A stretch of DNA of 64,000 nucleotides from Candidatus Bathyarchaeia archaeon (GTDB taxonomy: Archaea; Thermoproteota; Bathyarchaeia; Bathyarchaeales; Bathycorpusculaceae), in assembly GCA_049515895.1 (NCBI GenBank), contig JBEKTQ010000014.1, positions 20,943 through 84,942 on the forward strand. The letters run 5' to 3'. Both the position numbers and the translations under genes were made by a program. The notes below the pieces were generated by a model. That model saw nothing but the letters and a program-made list of their open reading frames with translations. It did no database searches and was not told where the DNA came from. Shown one piece after another: positions 38,774-47,849 of the stretch (the stretch's first letter is position 1; every line of letters starts with the position of its first letter).

Positions 38774-39985
38774 ATGCCAGACCAATTTGAAGACGCGCTG
38801 CTCAAAATTATTAAGACGTTTTCTCCAAAAGAACGTGAGCAGCTTAAGCCTAAAGGGAAATACTGGTTTGTGTTGAAAACTATTGATCACTTTGGAACAA
38901 GGAAATTTTCGTTGAAAAGCCTGGCGAAATGCACCCAGAACCAAGAAACGGCAGAAAAACCAAAAGCTGATGAATTAGCAATCATCTTGGACAAATTGGT
39001 GGCAAGCCAACTTGCGATCAAAGATAAGAATGGGAGTTACAGAATTCATCAGATATCAGCAGAGGCTTTAGAAGAGGCTTTTGGGTTTGTTTGGAAACCA
39101 CGCGCTGGCAAGACTAATTTCGTAAAATACCTATCTTGCCGAAAACAAAGGGTTATGATTTGGTATTCGCTATATCAGGGTCATCAAATCAACGCAGAAG
39201 AAGCACATGAAGTAAGTGGATACCCCACTAAAACTATTGAGAAACTTCTTGTAACTCTCCAAAAAGAGAACCTTGTGAAAAAAATTGTTCACGGTCCCAA
39301 GGAAAGTTATAACGTTCAAGACGAAAAAAAACTATTTCAGAAATTGTTGGTTGAATATTCAAGTGCGCGCGTTGACCTAGAACCCATAATCATTGAGCTC
39401 ATGCATCGGTATGATAGGTTTTCTGGGGCTCAAATTCGCCGGGATCTTGAATACATGGGATATTACCGTGACAAATCGTATATTTACAAGCAATTTCGTA
39501 AATTGGAGAAGAAAAAAATAATCAGAAACACTGGGATAACTGAGAAAGTTCGTGGTGGCTCCTACAACGAATATTACAAATTTACATACGAAGTTCTAAC
39601 CGATTTCAAGGAGCAGGTAAAGTCTGCAATTCTAGAAACCATAAACAAATCCGACCTAAAAGACTCAATTCAAAAAGAGTTTTTCGATAGAATCACCCAA
39701 ATAGAACCACATTTGATGTGGTTATTTCTCACCGATTTGCAGTACATTGTTTACCATTATAAAGATCAAATTAATTCGCTTCCAATTTGGGAACAGTTAA
39801 TTAAGAATCTGCCGAAGGAAAAAGTCGAAAGAATTAACAAAGAATTTACTTCAACCTCGTCAAAAGAAGAATTTGGTAAAAGGTTGACGAGAATAAGTAG
39901 GGAACTGAAACTCTCCCCTTTCATAGTCTCAATGATTTACCTAACTTGCGATGGCAATTCTGTGCACCAGCATACTATTAATTGA
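38774..39985 (+). CDS. Multi-winged-HTH DNA-binding protein
   Basis: Three successive wHTH-like segments (ILDKLVASQL; TIEKLLVTLQKENLV; YIYKQFRKLEKKKII...RGG..EYY). Confidence 0.55.
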   Translation: MPDQFEDALLKIIKTFSPKEREQLKPKGKYWFVLKTIDHFGTRKFSLKSLAKCTQNQETAEKPKADELAIILDKLVASQLAIKDKNGSYRIHQISAEALEEAFGFVWKPRAGKTNFVKYLSCRKQRVMIWYSLYQGHQINAEEAHEVSGYPTKTIEKLLVTLQKENLVKKIVHGPKESYNVQDEKKLFQKLLVEYSSARVDLEPIIIELMHRYDRFSGAQIRRDLEYMGYYRDKSYIYKQFRKLEKKKIIRNTGITEKVRGGSYNEYYKFTYEVLTDFKEQVKSAILETINKSDLKDSIQKEFFDRITQIEPHLMWLFLTDLQYIVYHYKDQINSLPIWEQLIKNLPKEKVERINKEFTSTSSKEEFGKRLTRISRELKLSPFIVSMIYLTCDGNSVHQHTIN

Positions 39986-40031
39986 TTATTTTCTGTAATG
40001 CTGGAAGGCGCACACAAAGAAAGACGTTTTG

Positions 40032-40655
40032 CTATAACAAATGTTGCATTTGCCTAATCTGATTGTGTCGAAAACAATTGATTATATGATCGTTTATTAG
40101 TCCAGTGGCTTGCATGAAAGCATAGCAAATCTTAGGTCCAACAAACTGGAATCCCCTCTTTTTCAATTCCTTGCTTAAATCTATGGCCTCACTAGATTCA
40201 GGCGGTATGTCTGAATACTTTTTAAAAGCGTTGTTTATTGATCTTCCACCTACAAACTTCCAAACAAAAACATCAAATGATCCGAATTCTTTCTGAACTT
40301 CTATGAACATTGTGGCATTGTTGATGACTGCTTTGATCTTTGCTTTGTTTCGAATTATGTCTCTATCATTAAGCAAGCATTCAACATCATTCTCGTCATA
40401 GTCGGTTACAATCGCGGGGTCAAAATGATCAAAGGCGTTTCTAAACGCCTTTCTACGGTTGAGTATTAATTCCCAAGTCAAACCAGCTTGGAAACCACCT
40501 AAGGCTAAGAACTCAAAAAGTCTCTTATCATCATGGATGGGAACTCCCCATTCCTCATCATGATACTTAATAAAGAGAGGATTAAGGGTATTCCAGCATC
40601 GTTTTACAATTCCATTTTCGTCGCTCACTTTGGGGAACCTATAGGATAAAGCCAA
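40032..40655 (-). CDS. tag: DNA-3-methyladenine glycosylase I
   Basis: RCW...YHDEEWGVP.HDD..LFE...QAGL.W..IL.RR..FR.AF..FDP; IIRN.AKI; FVGP.ICYAFMQA.G..NDH..C. Confidence 0.9.
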   Translation of the reverse strand: MALSYRFPKVSDENGIVKRCWNTLNPLFIKYHDEEWGVPIHDDKRLFEFLALGGFQAGLTWELILNRRKAFRNAFDHFDPAIVTDYDENDVECLLNDRDIIRNKAKIKAVINNATMFIEVQKEFGSFDVFVWKFVGGRSINNAFKKYSDIPPESSEAIDLSKELKKRGFQFVGPKICYAFMQATGLINDHIINCFRHNQIRQMQHLL

Positions 40656-40898
40656 CAGTTCAGCGTTTAGGTTTTTTGCTTCAGAATGTCTTTTTCTTTG
40701 TCGAGTCTTATTAGCTCAAACACATATTCAGCAACGGAATGATAGCTGAGCAGTTTCGTTTTGTATGAGGCCCAAGCCCAAAGTTTTTCGTCAAGGACGT
40801 AGAGATTTGTCCGTTTGTTTCTGGCCATCTTGCACCAATTACAACATGTGTCGTAAAGCTTATAAAGGTGACCATGTTGTTATTACAACAAGAGTTGT

Positions 40899-43800
40899 GT
40901 GTGTCGTAATTGTTGTCAAAATGGAGAACCATTTATGAGGGAAGGCAGAGCATATAAATCAAATGGCTTAGCCAAAATGATGCTAGACAAAAAAATGAAC
41001 GGTATCTTCTATACTCCCAAGGAGAGTGCACGGTTTCTAGCGAAGCGCACTCTTTCAAAAATTGATATCGGAAAACAGAGTTTTCAAGGTTATGACGTTT
41101 TGGATCCGATGGTTGGGTCAGGTGAGTTGCTTTGCGCCATATGTGAAGAGATCCTCAATAACGTAAACGGACTAGAACGAATCGAATTGGCCGCTCAGCT
41201 CCCTTCAATAATCTATGGTGCCGACAAGGATGAAAACGCAGTGGCCCTAACAAAGGTCAACCTCGCCAATCTAATTTCAAAAGTTAATCCAAAAGTCGAA
41301 CCAAATCGTTTTGTTCATATAATTCAAGCCGACGCTTTGAAGAATGAAGAAGTCGAAAAAGCTTTTGCCCCCATTTTCAATAGAGAAAACCCGGGATTCT
41401 CTGTGGTTATCGCTAATCCACCTTGGGAAGTTGTCAAAGTAAATGACAGAGAGTTCTTTTCAACATATGTTCCTGAATATCGAAAATCAGGTAGGGAAAA
41501 GCGATTACAAGAAAAGGAAAAGTTGTTGAAGGACGAGAGGATTAACGAACGATACGAAGAGTACAAAAGTAAAATAGCAAATCTGAAAAAGTACCTCAAT
41601 GACAACTGCAAATTCCATAACGGTAATAGTGAACTAAACCTTTACCGAGCAAGCTTAGAGCGATTTTTGCAACTTGCAAGAAAAGATGGCATCATTGGAG
41701 TAATAACACCAACTGGTCTAGCTGGAGACTACGGTGCTACTCCAATCAGAAGAGAGCTACTCTTCTGTAATAAGGTATTCGAAATGTGGGGTTTTTCTAT
41801 AGGAGCCAAGCTTTTCCCCGAAGCGGATGTTTCACCACTTTTTACTATTTTATCGAAGGGAGAAAAAACTGAAGAATTTACGTACTATTCAGATATTGAT
41901 TCGATTAAAACTGCCTTGGAGCAAGCAGAAAAAGAACTTACAAAAATTCCGCGGAGGCTCATTACAAAACTCAGTCCAGAGTACCTCACCTTCACGCCGA
42001 TTGCTAGTGATATTGAATTTGGAATACTCGACAAACTTTATCGTTTTCCACTCGTCTCTGACCGTTCTCAAGGTCATTGGAGCTTGGAAATTGGAAGAGA
42101 ACTGGACGAAACAAATGACCGAGATTATCTGACGGACATCGAAACCCCCTTCAAGTTTCTAAAAGGAAGAGACATTCACCCTTTTCAAACCAAACACGTT
42201 GAAAAGATCTGGGTTAAGAAGGAATTTCCAAGACTCTTGGAAAAACTGGAGGAAAAGGAAAGAATAGTTTGGCGAGATATAGCTCGTTCCAACAAAGAAA
42301 GGAGAATGTTTGCTAGTATTGCTCCTCATAACTACGTTCCTGGAAACTCTCTTAATTACTTTAAAGAAAGACTAACAAATGAAGAAAGAAGATATCTTCT
42401 CGGAATCTGGAATAGTCTATTAGTTGAGTACAGATTAAGACAACTGAGCACTAATAATCACTTCAATATGTACGTAACCCGACAAATCCCAATTCCACGC
42501 TTAGGAACTTCCGACCCATATTTGATTGAAATCTGCAAGATCGTTTCCAATCTACTCGGCGGGTACAAAGAAGAAGTTGGTAAGCTGGAAGCAATGGTCG
42601 CTCATCTATATGGGCTTAATCAACGGGAACTCGACTTCGTTTTGTCAAGATTTCCAAAAATTTCCAGTAAACTGAAAGAAGAAATACGGAAAAATTTTGC
42701 CGATATCCAATTAATTCAAAATCACGATACCGCTGCCCTCAGCAACTTGGATTTGCAGATCGTGAAATCGGTGCCTGAAGGAGGAAATTGGAAGAACATA
42801 CCGATAAGCATTCCTTCGAAGCGGCTTTCACAAATAAGGGCAAATTTTAAAGCAGGAAATGGAAGCAGAAGCACCTACTATGGACGAATTGACCGCAAAA
42901 AACCAGCTTACACCATCTCCACTCACTTCTCACGACCAGGAAATGGGTGCAACATTCATCCAACTCAAGACAGAACTCTAAGCGCGAGAGAGGCAGCAAG
43001 GCTTCAGAGTTTTCCAGATTGGTTCAGATTTTGCGGTAAATCCAAGGCCTCAATTTTCAAGCAAATTGGAAATGCTGTCCCTCCTCTATTATCATATGCA
43101 GTTGCCAAGACGCTCCCTAAGGGAATTGTTATTGACCTATTTTCTGGCGCTGGAGGTATGAGTCTAGGTTTTCATTTGGCAGGTCACACTACGCTCACTT
43201 CCCTTGAACTTGACGAAAACTTCGTTCAAACATATAAAACGAATATTCCAACATTATCAGAAGTTGTTACTGGAGACATCAGAAAAAAGGAAGTTACTGA
43301 CCAACTAATCGCACGCGTCGAGAATTTGGACGGGAAAATTCGAACATTGATAGGTGGGCCTCCTTGTCAAGGTTTCTCCGAAGCGGGAAACAAGAGAAGT
43401 AAGGAGGACTTGAGAAACAGCTTATACCTTCAGTTTATTCATATAGTTAGCCAAGTCCAACCCCAGAATTTTGTCATGGAAAACGTTCCTGGTTTGCTGA
43501 CCCTTGATGAAGGTCGGTTTTATCAAAAACTATTGAAAGACTTCAAGAGTTTAGACTACGAAATTACCCCAGTAATTCTTTGGGCTCATGAGTTTGGGGT
43601 TCCCCAGAAACGGAAACGGGTATTCATTATAGGCACCAGAAACGTGAAATATTCGCCTCCAGTTCAACTATTTTCAGACTCGCCTAATTCTAACCTTCCA
43701 AAGCCAATAACTGCTGGTGACGCTCTAGAAAATCTGCCGCCTCTCCCACAAGGTTCATGGCTAATGAAAAGAACGATCGAGTACTCCGAACCCCAATCCA

Positions 43801-43907
43801 ATTATATTAGATGGCTCCGAGGACAGATTACGACGGAAGAAATGCTAGAGCTTTACGGAGGAAAACCGAATCTTATCCACAAGCCATTGGAAGCCTATTT
43901 CCAATAG
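40899..43907 (+). CDS. Fused N6-adenine + circularly permuted C5-cytosine methyltransferase (Alw26I/Eco31I/Esp3I family)
   Basis: FYTP, LDPMVGSG, NPPW (m6A); then motifs IX-X (REAARLQSFPD, QIGNAVPP) preceding I (DLFSGAGG), IV (GPPCQGFS) and VI (ENVPG); true start may be slightly downstream. Confidence 0.9.
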   Translation: MCRNCCQNGEPFMREGRAYKSNGLAKMMLDKKMNGIFYTPKESARFLAKRTLSKIDIGKQSFQGYDVLDPMVGSGELLCAICEEILNNVNGLERIELAAQLPSIIYGADKDENAVALTKVNLANLISKVNPKVEPNRFVHIIQADALKNEEVEKAFAPIFNRENPGFSVVIANPPWEVVKVNDREFFSTYVPEYRKSGREKRLQEKEKLLKDERINERYEEYKSKIANLKKYLNDNCKFHNGNSELNLYRASLERFLQLARKDGIIGVITPTGLAGDYGATPIRRELLFCNKVFEMWGFSIGAKLFPEADVSPLFTILSKGEKTEEFTYYSDIDSIKTALEQAEKELTKIPRRLITKLSPEYLTFTPIASDIEFGILDKLYRFPLVSDRSQGHWSLEIGRELDETNDRDYLTDIETPFKFLKGRDIHPFQTKHVEKIWVKKEFPRLLEKLEEKERIVWRDIARSNKERRMFASIAPHNYVPGNSLNYFKERLTNEERRYLLGIWNSLLVEYRLRQLSTNNHFNMYVTRQIPIPRLGTSDPYLIEICKIVSNLLGGYKEEVGKLEAMVAHLYGLNQRELDFVLSRFPKISSKLKEEIRKNFADIQLIQNHDTAALSNLDLQIVKSVPEGGNWKNIPISIPSKRLSQIRANFKAGNGSRSTYYGRIDRKKPAYTISTHFSRPGNGCNIHPTQDRTLSAREAARLQSFPDWFRFCGKSKASIFKQIGNAVPPLLSYAVAKTLPKGIVIDLFSGAGGMSLGFHLAGHTTLTSLELDENFVQTYKTNIPTLSEVVTGDIRKKEVTDQLIARVENLDGKIRTLIGGPPCQGFSEAGNKRSKEDLRNSLYLQFIHIVSQVQPQNFVMENVPGLLTLDEGRFYQKLLKDFKSLDYEITPVILWAHEFGVPQKRKRVFIIGTRNVKYSPPVQLFSDSPNSNLPKPITAGDALENLPPLPQGSWLMKRTIEYSEPQSNYIRWLRGQITTEEMLELYGGKPNLIHKPLEAYFQ

Positions 43908-45457
43908 CCCCTAGGGACACCTTTCTGTATGAGCTTGTCGGTTACTTTGTTCATATAGTCCTTAAGCAATCTGTTTGCCCGCTCGTAGCTCGTCGCTCCT
44001 TCTTTTAGAGTAGAGATTATTTGAATTTCAATCGAAGCAAGCTCTTTGTCTTGAAAAAGAATTGCATTCCTGTTTCCTTTCTTTGCATATTCTTCCAACG
44101 CCTCAAATGCAATTCTCCTAGTTCTGGAAATCATTGAACTTGCGTAGGTTTCCTGTCTGTGGCTTACAACAAGTTTTTGGTAGCTGAAGTCTCTTCCCGT
44201 AAACCCTTCAATAGAGTAGCGATTTAACGCATAACCAGGGTTTAAGAACCCCTCTAGAAATTGACCGAAACCAAGATGTAACAGCTTAGAGAGCAGCATA
44301 AGATACTGATTTTGGTTAGCTCGCATTAGCTTACTTAAGCGAAGCGCATCTTCATCGCTTTTCACGTTATCTTTTAACTTTTCCCATATTCTTTGTGCGT
44401 ACCAGGAAACGACATTCTCGCCTTTGGCCTCATCCTCTTTCAAAAGCAATACGTCTTGAAGGCTCATTCTGTTGTTTTTCGCAGAATTGCATGAACGGCA
44501 AAGTGCTCTGAACCTAGGTCTATGGCAAAAACCAAGCGAGAGAGGACCGATGTGGTCTGCTGTCAGTTCTTCAATTCGACCGCAATGGTTCATGCAGTCT
44601 CCTTCAACCTTCTGCTTCATTAGAAAGTCTGCTGCAGCCCAGTCTCCGTCGCACCAGTACTCAAATGTTCTTCTGTCGATGCCATACAACATAAGGTTTT
44701 CTTTAGTTCTACCAGTGTCCTGTTTACTTCGACAACACAAGTTATAGGTATGGAAACCGTCCAGTCTGTCTGGAGCGTTGGACATTGCTCCCGGACTAAG
44801 TATACCCTTAGCCTCCTGCTGAATTAGTTGTTCTGAAACATACGAAATGAGAGAATTGGGATCTTTGGCAACCGTAGCCGGAATATCTAAGATTATACAT
44901 ATTTCAGGCAAAATTTCTCTGCCTGACTGTTCGATTATTTCTGGAATTATTTCCGTGATACTTTGAAAATCGTTGTAGTCAAACGGAGTTAGGAGATTGG
45001 GTATCTTGTTTATTTTTTCAATTGTTCGCTTCGTCGGATATTCATATAGTAGGCTCATTTCTCTTCCACAGGTTTGGCAGGGTTTCTTCTTGAACGGATG
45101 TATTTCTTTGGCCACCTTCGATATCCACTTTCCTTCCGTGGGCTCACCAATTTCTATGGCTTTTTGCTTCCACCATATAAGCCTCTCGTCATGTAGGTTT
45201 GACCATTTGCCGCCCGGAGGTCTGTGTGACGGCGCGTCCCATCTAACCTTGCCATTTTCATCGATTCCCCATGGCATACCTTTGTAATTAGGATGGTTAG
45301 CTATTGCGTACATATACCTTACAAAGTTGTGATGCCATTCTCGCCCTCTTCCACCATATTTATGACGTTTGATTAAAGCCGAAAATTCTTGTTCTTCTGA
45401 ATTTTTTTGATTTTCCTTGCCATCGCCCAGAAAGCGATCCAACCCGCCATAGCTCAT
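43895..45457 (-). CDS. Type IIS restriction endonuclease, Alw26I/Eco31I/Esp3I family
   Basis: HPNYKGMP, IHPFKKKPCQTCG, GAMSNAPDRLDGFHTYNLCCR, DRR.FEYW.DGDW, ADHIGPLSLGF...CNSAKNNR (HNH). Confidence 0.9.
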   Translation of the reverse strand: MSYGGLDRFLGDGKENQKNSEEQEFSALIKRHKYGGRGREWHHNFVRYMYAIANHPNYKGMPWGIDENGKVRWDAPSHRPPGGKWSNLHDERLIWWKQKAIEIGEPTEGKWISKVAKEIHPFKKKPCQTCGREMSLLYEYPTKRTIEKINKIPNLLTPFDYNDFQSITEIIPEIIEQSGREILPEICIILDIPATVAKDPNSLISYVSEQLIQQEAKGILSPGAMSNAPDRLDGFHTYNLCCRSKQDTGRTKENLMLYGIDRRTFEYWCDGDWAAADFLMKQKVEGDCMNHCGRIEELTADHIGPLSLGFCHRPRFRALCRSCNSAKNNRMSLQDVLLLKEDEAKGENVVSWYAQRIWEKLKDNVKSDEDALRLSKLMRANQNQYLMLLSKLLHLGFGQFLEGFLNPGYALNRYSIEGFTGRDFSYQKLVVSHRQETYASSMISRTRRIAFEALEEYAKKGNRNAILFQDKELASIEIQIISTLKEGATSYERANRLLKDYMNKVTDKLIQKGVPRGYWK

Positions 45458-45606
45458 GCGCCGCCCTCACACTATACAATGCATATACGTTTGCATACCC
45501 GACTAATTTACTTTAAGTGGATAAGGGTTAAATGGGCTAACTTTTTTTTGCTTGCATATCGAGATTCATTTGGAAAAATAGTTGCGACCTGGAAAACACG
45601 TGTAAA

Positions 45607-46905
45607 CTACGTGGTGACGGAGATCATCTTGACTACGACTTTATTATTTGGGAGCGTCGCGACAAATTCCCAACCTTGTGCAAGATAAGTATTCGCTTCA
45701 TCTAAGCTGACCACTTTTTGTTTTATTCCGTTCGATATTTGAGTGCTTAGAATTTTTTTCGTGAAAATTTCATGCAATTCTCCATCGTTTCCTACAGAAA
45801 AATCCATCTTATCAATTTCGTCTTGCTTAAAACCTGCCAATGAGAGAAGTTGTTTTTTGAAGATCTTGGCTAGTTTTTCTTCACTTGTCTCCCTGTTTTT
45901 TCCAGTCTGCAAGAATTCTTGGCTCTTTTCGTAAGCTTGGCGCATGTCATCAATTACGCTGTCCGGTAGCCGCCGCTTGTTGATTGTGTATCTGTTCTCG
46001 ATATCACCTTTGTGACCCATCCAGAATTGCCTGTAGTCTCTTAAGACCAAACCCTTCGATTCGGCAAGCATCAGTTGTGTGTCAAAATAAGACCGCAAAA
46101 CGTAGGGTCTCCACGGACAACCAGCCTTTCTAATGGCTTCTCGCATTAGGTCTCCTACGTTCACTGTTCTGATGAAAGGCTTCATTCTTCTCTTTGGCGT
46201 AATTACTGGGGAAGTTGGCGAAAGGCTTTCTCCTTCTCTCATCCTTTCTTCCAAATAGTCTTTTAGGTACTCGCATCCTTCCTCGCTGAGAAACGTGAAA
46301 TACTGATGCCCTGCCTTGCTGATGTTCTGACGAACAATAACTAATGCGGGCACTTTCGAAAAAGTGACTGTTTTGCCTTCGATTTTTAGATCGGGCAAGT
46401 CTCCGATTCTTAGGCCGTCCAGACCCTTGTAGTCGCCTAACGCCTGTATCCTCAAGCCACTATGTGCCACTAGAACGCATGCTGTTCGCGATTTTCCATC
46501 TCCCGAGAGGAATATTCTCTTCAGCTCATCGAGAGTCGGAACTCGCTCATCTTTTAGAGTTGGCGTTTCGTCTGTGCCATGAATTTTTATTCTGACTTTC
46601 GTTTCCCTATGGTTGTGAGCTAGCCAAGATTTCAGAGCCTTCATGGTTGAGTTGATGTAATTTCCAGCATGCCCTTTCTTTTCCTCTGATGAAACGTAAT
46701 CCATCAGAAGATTGTGAAGTTCTCGCTCAGATAGAGCGGCGAAGTCGATAGCTTTAATTTTGTTCTGTTCACAGAAGCTACCGAGCCGGCGCAAACATAC
46801 GTCAGCTGATATCAATGAGCCTCTAGCGGTGTTCTCATACCAACGTCTAACGTCTTCATCTTCCAGCAAATAGGCATATTTTGCGCGCCGCTGCATAAAT
46901 GACAA
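45607..46905 (-). CDS. Tyrosine recombinase/integrase of the tRNA-Pro island
   Basis: SGLRI (Arg), SKAG (Lys), YVLRSYF, WMGH...RY; directly beside the tRNA 3' end. Confidence 0.88.
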   Translation of the reverse strand: MSFMQRRAKYAYLLEDEDVRRWYENTARGSLISADVCLRRLGSFCEQNKIKAIDFAALSERELHNLLMDYVSSEEKKGHAGNYINSTMKALKSWLAHNHRETKVRIKIHGTDETPTLKDERVPTLDELKRIFLSGDGKSRTACVLVAHSGLRIQALGDYKGLDGLRIGDLPDLKIEGKTVTFSKVPALVIVRQNISKAGHQYFTFLSEEGCEYLKDYLEERMREGESLSPTSPVITPKRRMKPFIRTVNVGDLMREAIRKAGCPWRPYVLRSYFDTQLMLAESKGLVLRDYRQFWMGHKGDIENRYTINKRRLPDSVIDDMRQAYEKSQEFLQTGKNRETSEEKLAKIFKKQLLSLAGFKQDEIDKMDFSVGNDGELHEIFTKKILSTQISNGIKQKVVSLDEANTYLAQGWEFVATLPNNKVVVKMISVTT

Positions 46906-46953
46906 ACAGGCATATTAACTAATAAAAATAGCGGTGGTTCCGAACCTAAAAGG

Positions 46954-47094
46954 TGGTGGGGCCGCTGGGATTTGAACCCAGGATCGCTTGCGCCCCAGGC
47001 AAGTATCCTAATCCAAACTAGCAGGAAATTTCCCAGGATACTCGGAAATTCCACCGAGATACATGGCTTTAGCCTGTTGCTAGACGACGGCCCC
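46954..47094 (-). tRNA. tRNA-Pro(GGG) with encoded CCA and a ~62-nt D-loop intron (~47017-47078)
   Basis: GGGGCCG/CGGCCCC acceptor stem + ACCA; anticodon arm CTTGC-CTGGGGC-GCAAG; T arm CTGGG-TTCAAAT-CCCAG; D stem GTCT/GGAT split by the insertion. Confidence 0.92.
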
Positions 47095-47444
47095 GCTTTT
47101 TATTCACTTAGGGTATAGTGGAATTGCAGTCTGTGGTTTATTTCCTTTTCTTGAACCAGTTCAAATGTTATTGCAATTCTGCTATGTACAATAAATTAAT
47201 GCTCGTAGTGCAAGATAATGGTCAAGTTCAGAATGTCCCATCCAGCATGCCCTGCCTGCGCTTCCAATCCCTTTGAAGAAAAAACAAGCAAAACAAAACC
47301 TAAAAGTCGGCTATTGAACGGCAATTAGGATTGGAAATTCATAAGCCTTTACTTCACTGTTCTCGACTTATTTCTTGTTTCTCAAAACTTGGGTTAACGG
47401 GTTACCCGTAAAGAAGCGAAAAAAGAAAGTTGCCGGGATAAACA

Positions 47445-47849
47445 TTGGACAAAAAAAATCAACGCAAAAAATTTGAGGCTGTTCTTCAAGAGGCAATAGA
47501 CGACGCTTTTTCCAGTTTGGGTGAACCCGTAAAAAAATCAATTTACTTTCATTTGGAGCATAAATTCCTGATTCTAAGCCGAGATATACCTTGCAGAATT
47601 GAAGATTTTTCGGATGCCCTTGAACGAATTTTCGGTTCTGGTGCTAAGCACCTTGAACTCTTAATAATGGAAAAACTGTACCTGAAAGTCAACTGTTCGT
47701 ACAAATGGGATGGCCCAAAGTGGCTTGTTCCAGACTTGACTTTCAAACAATATGTTGAATTGATAAGAATAGGATACGAAGACCGAGAGAAAATCGGAAG
47801 TGTTGAGGTGATTGTGGACGCTGGAGAAAAACAAGAGCAGCGAGAATAA
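47445..47849 (+). CDS. NitrOD5/DUF3227-like archaeal signalling-associated protein
   Basis: EAIDDAFSSLGE...IYFHLE..F......IP.RIEDFSDALERIFG.GA..LE..I; upstream of the kinase. Confidence 0.7.
   Translation: MDKKNQRKKFEAVLQEAIDDAFSSLGEPVKKSIYFHLEHKFLILSRDIPCRIEDFSDALERIFGSGAKHLELLIMEKLYLKVNCSYKWDGPKWLVPDLTFKQYVELIRIGYEDREKIGSVEVIVDAGEKQEQRE

Larger units (their letters stand above)
795..46979. mobile_element. tRNA-Pro-integrated defence/genomic island (left boundary tentative)
   Basis: Tyrosine integrase 48 bp from the tRNA 3' end; dense defence and mobile-element cargo; degenerate direct copy of the tRNA 3' end at 795-817. Confidence 0.65.

Noticed and set aside
46812-47054. 80-aa minus-strand ORF
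   Set aside because: Overlaps the tRNA-Pro gene and the integrase start; spurious
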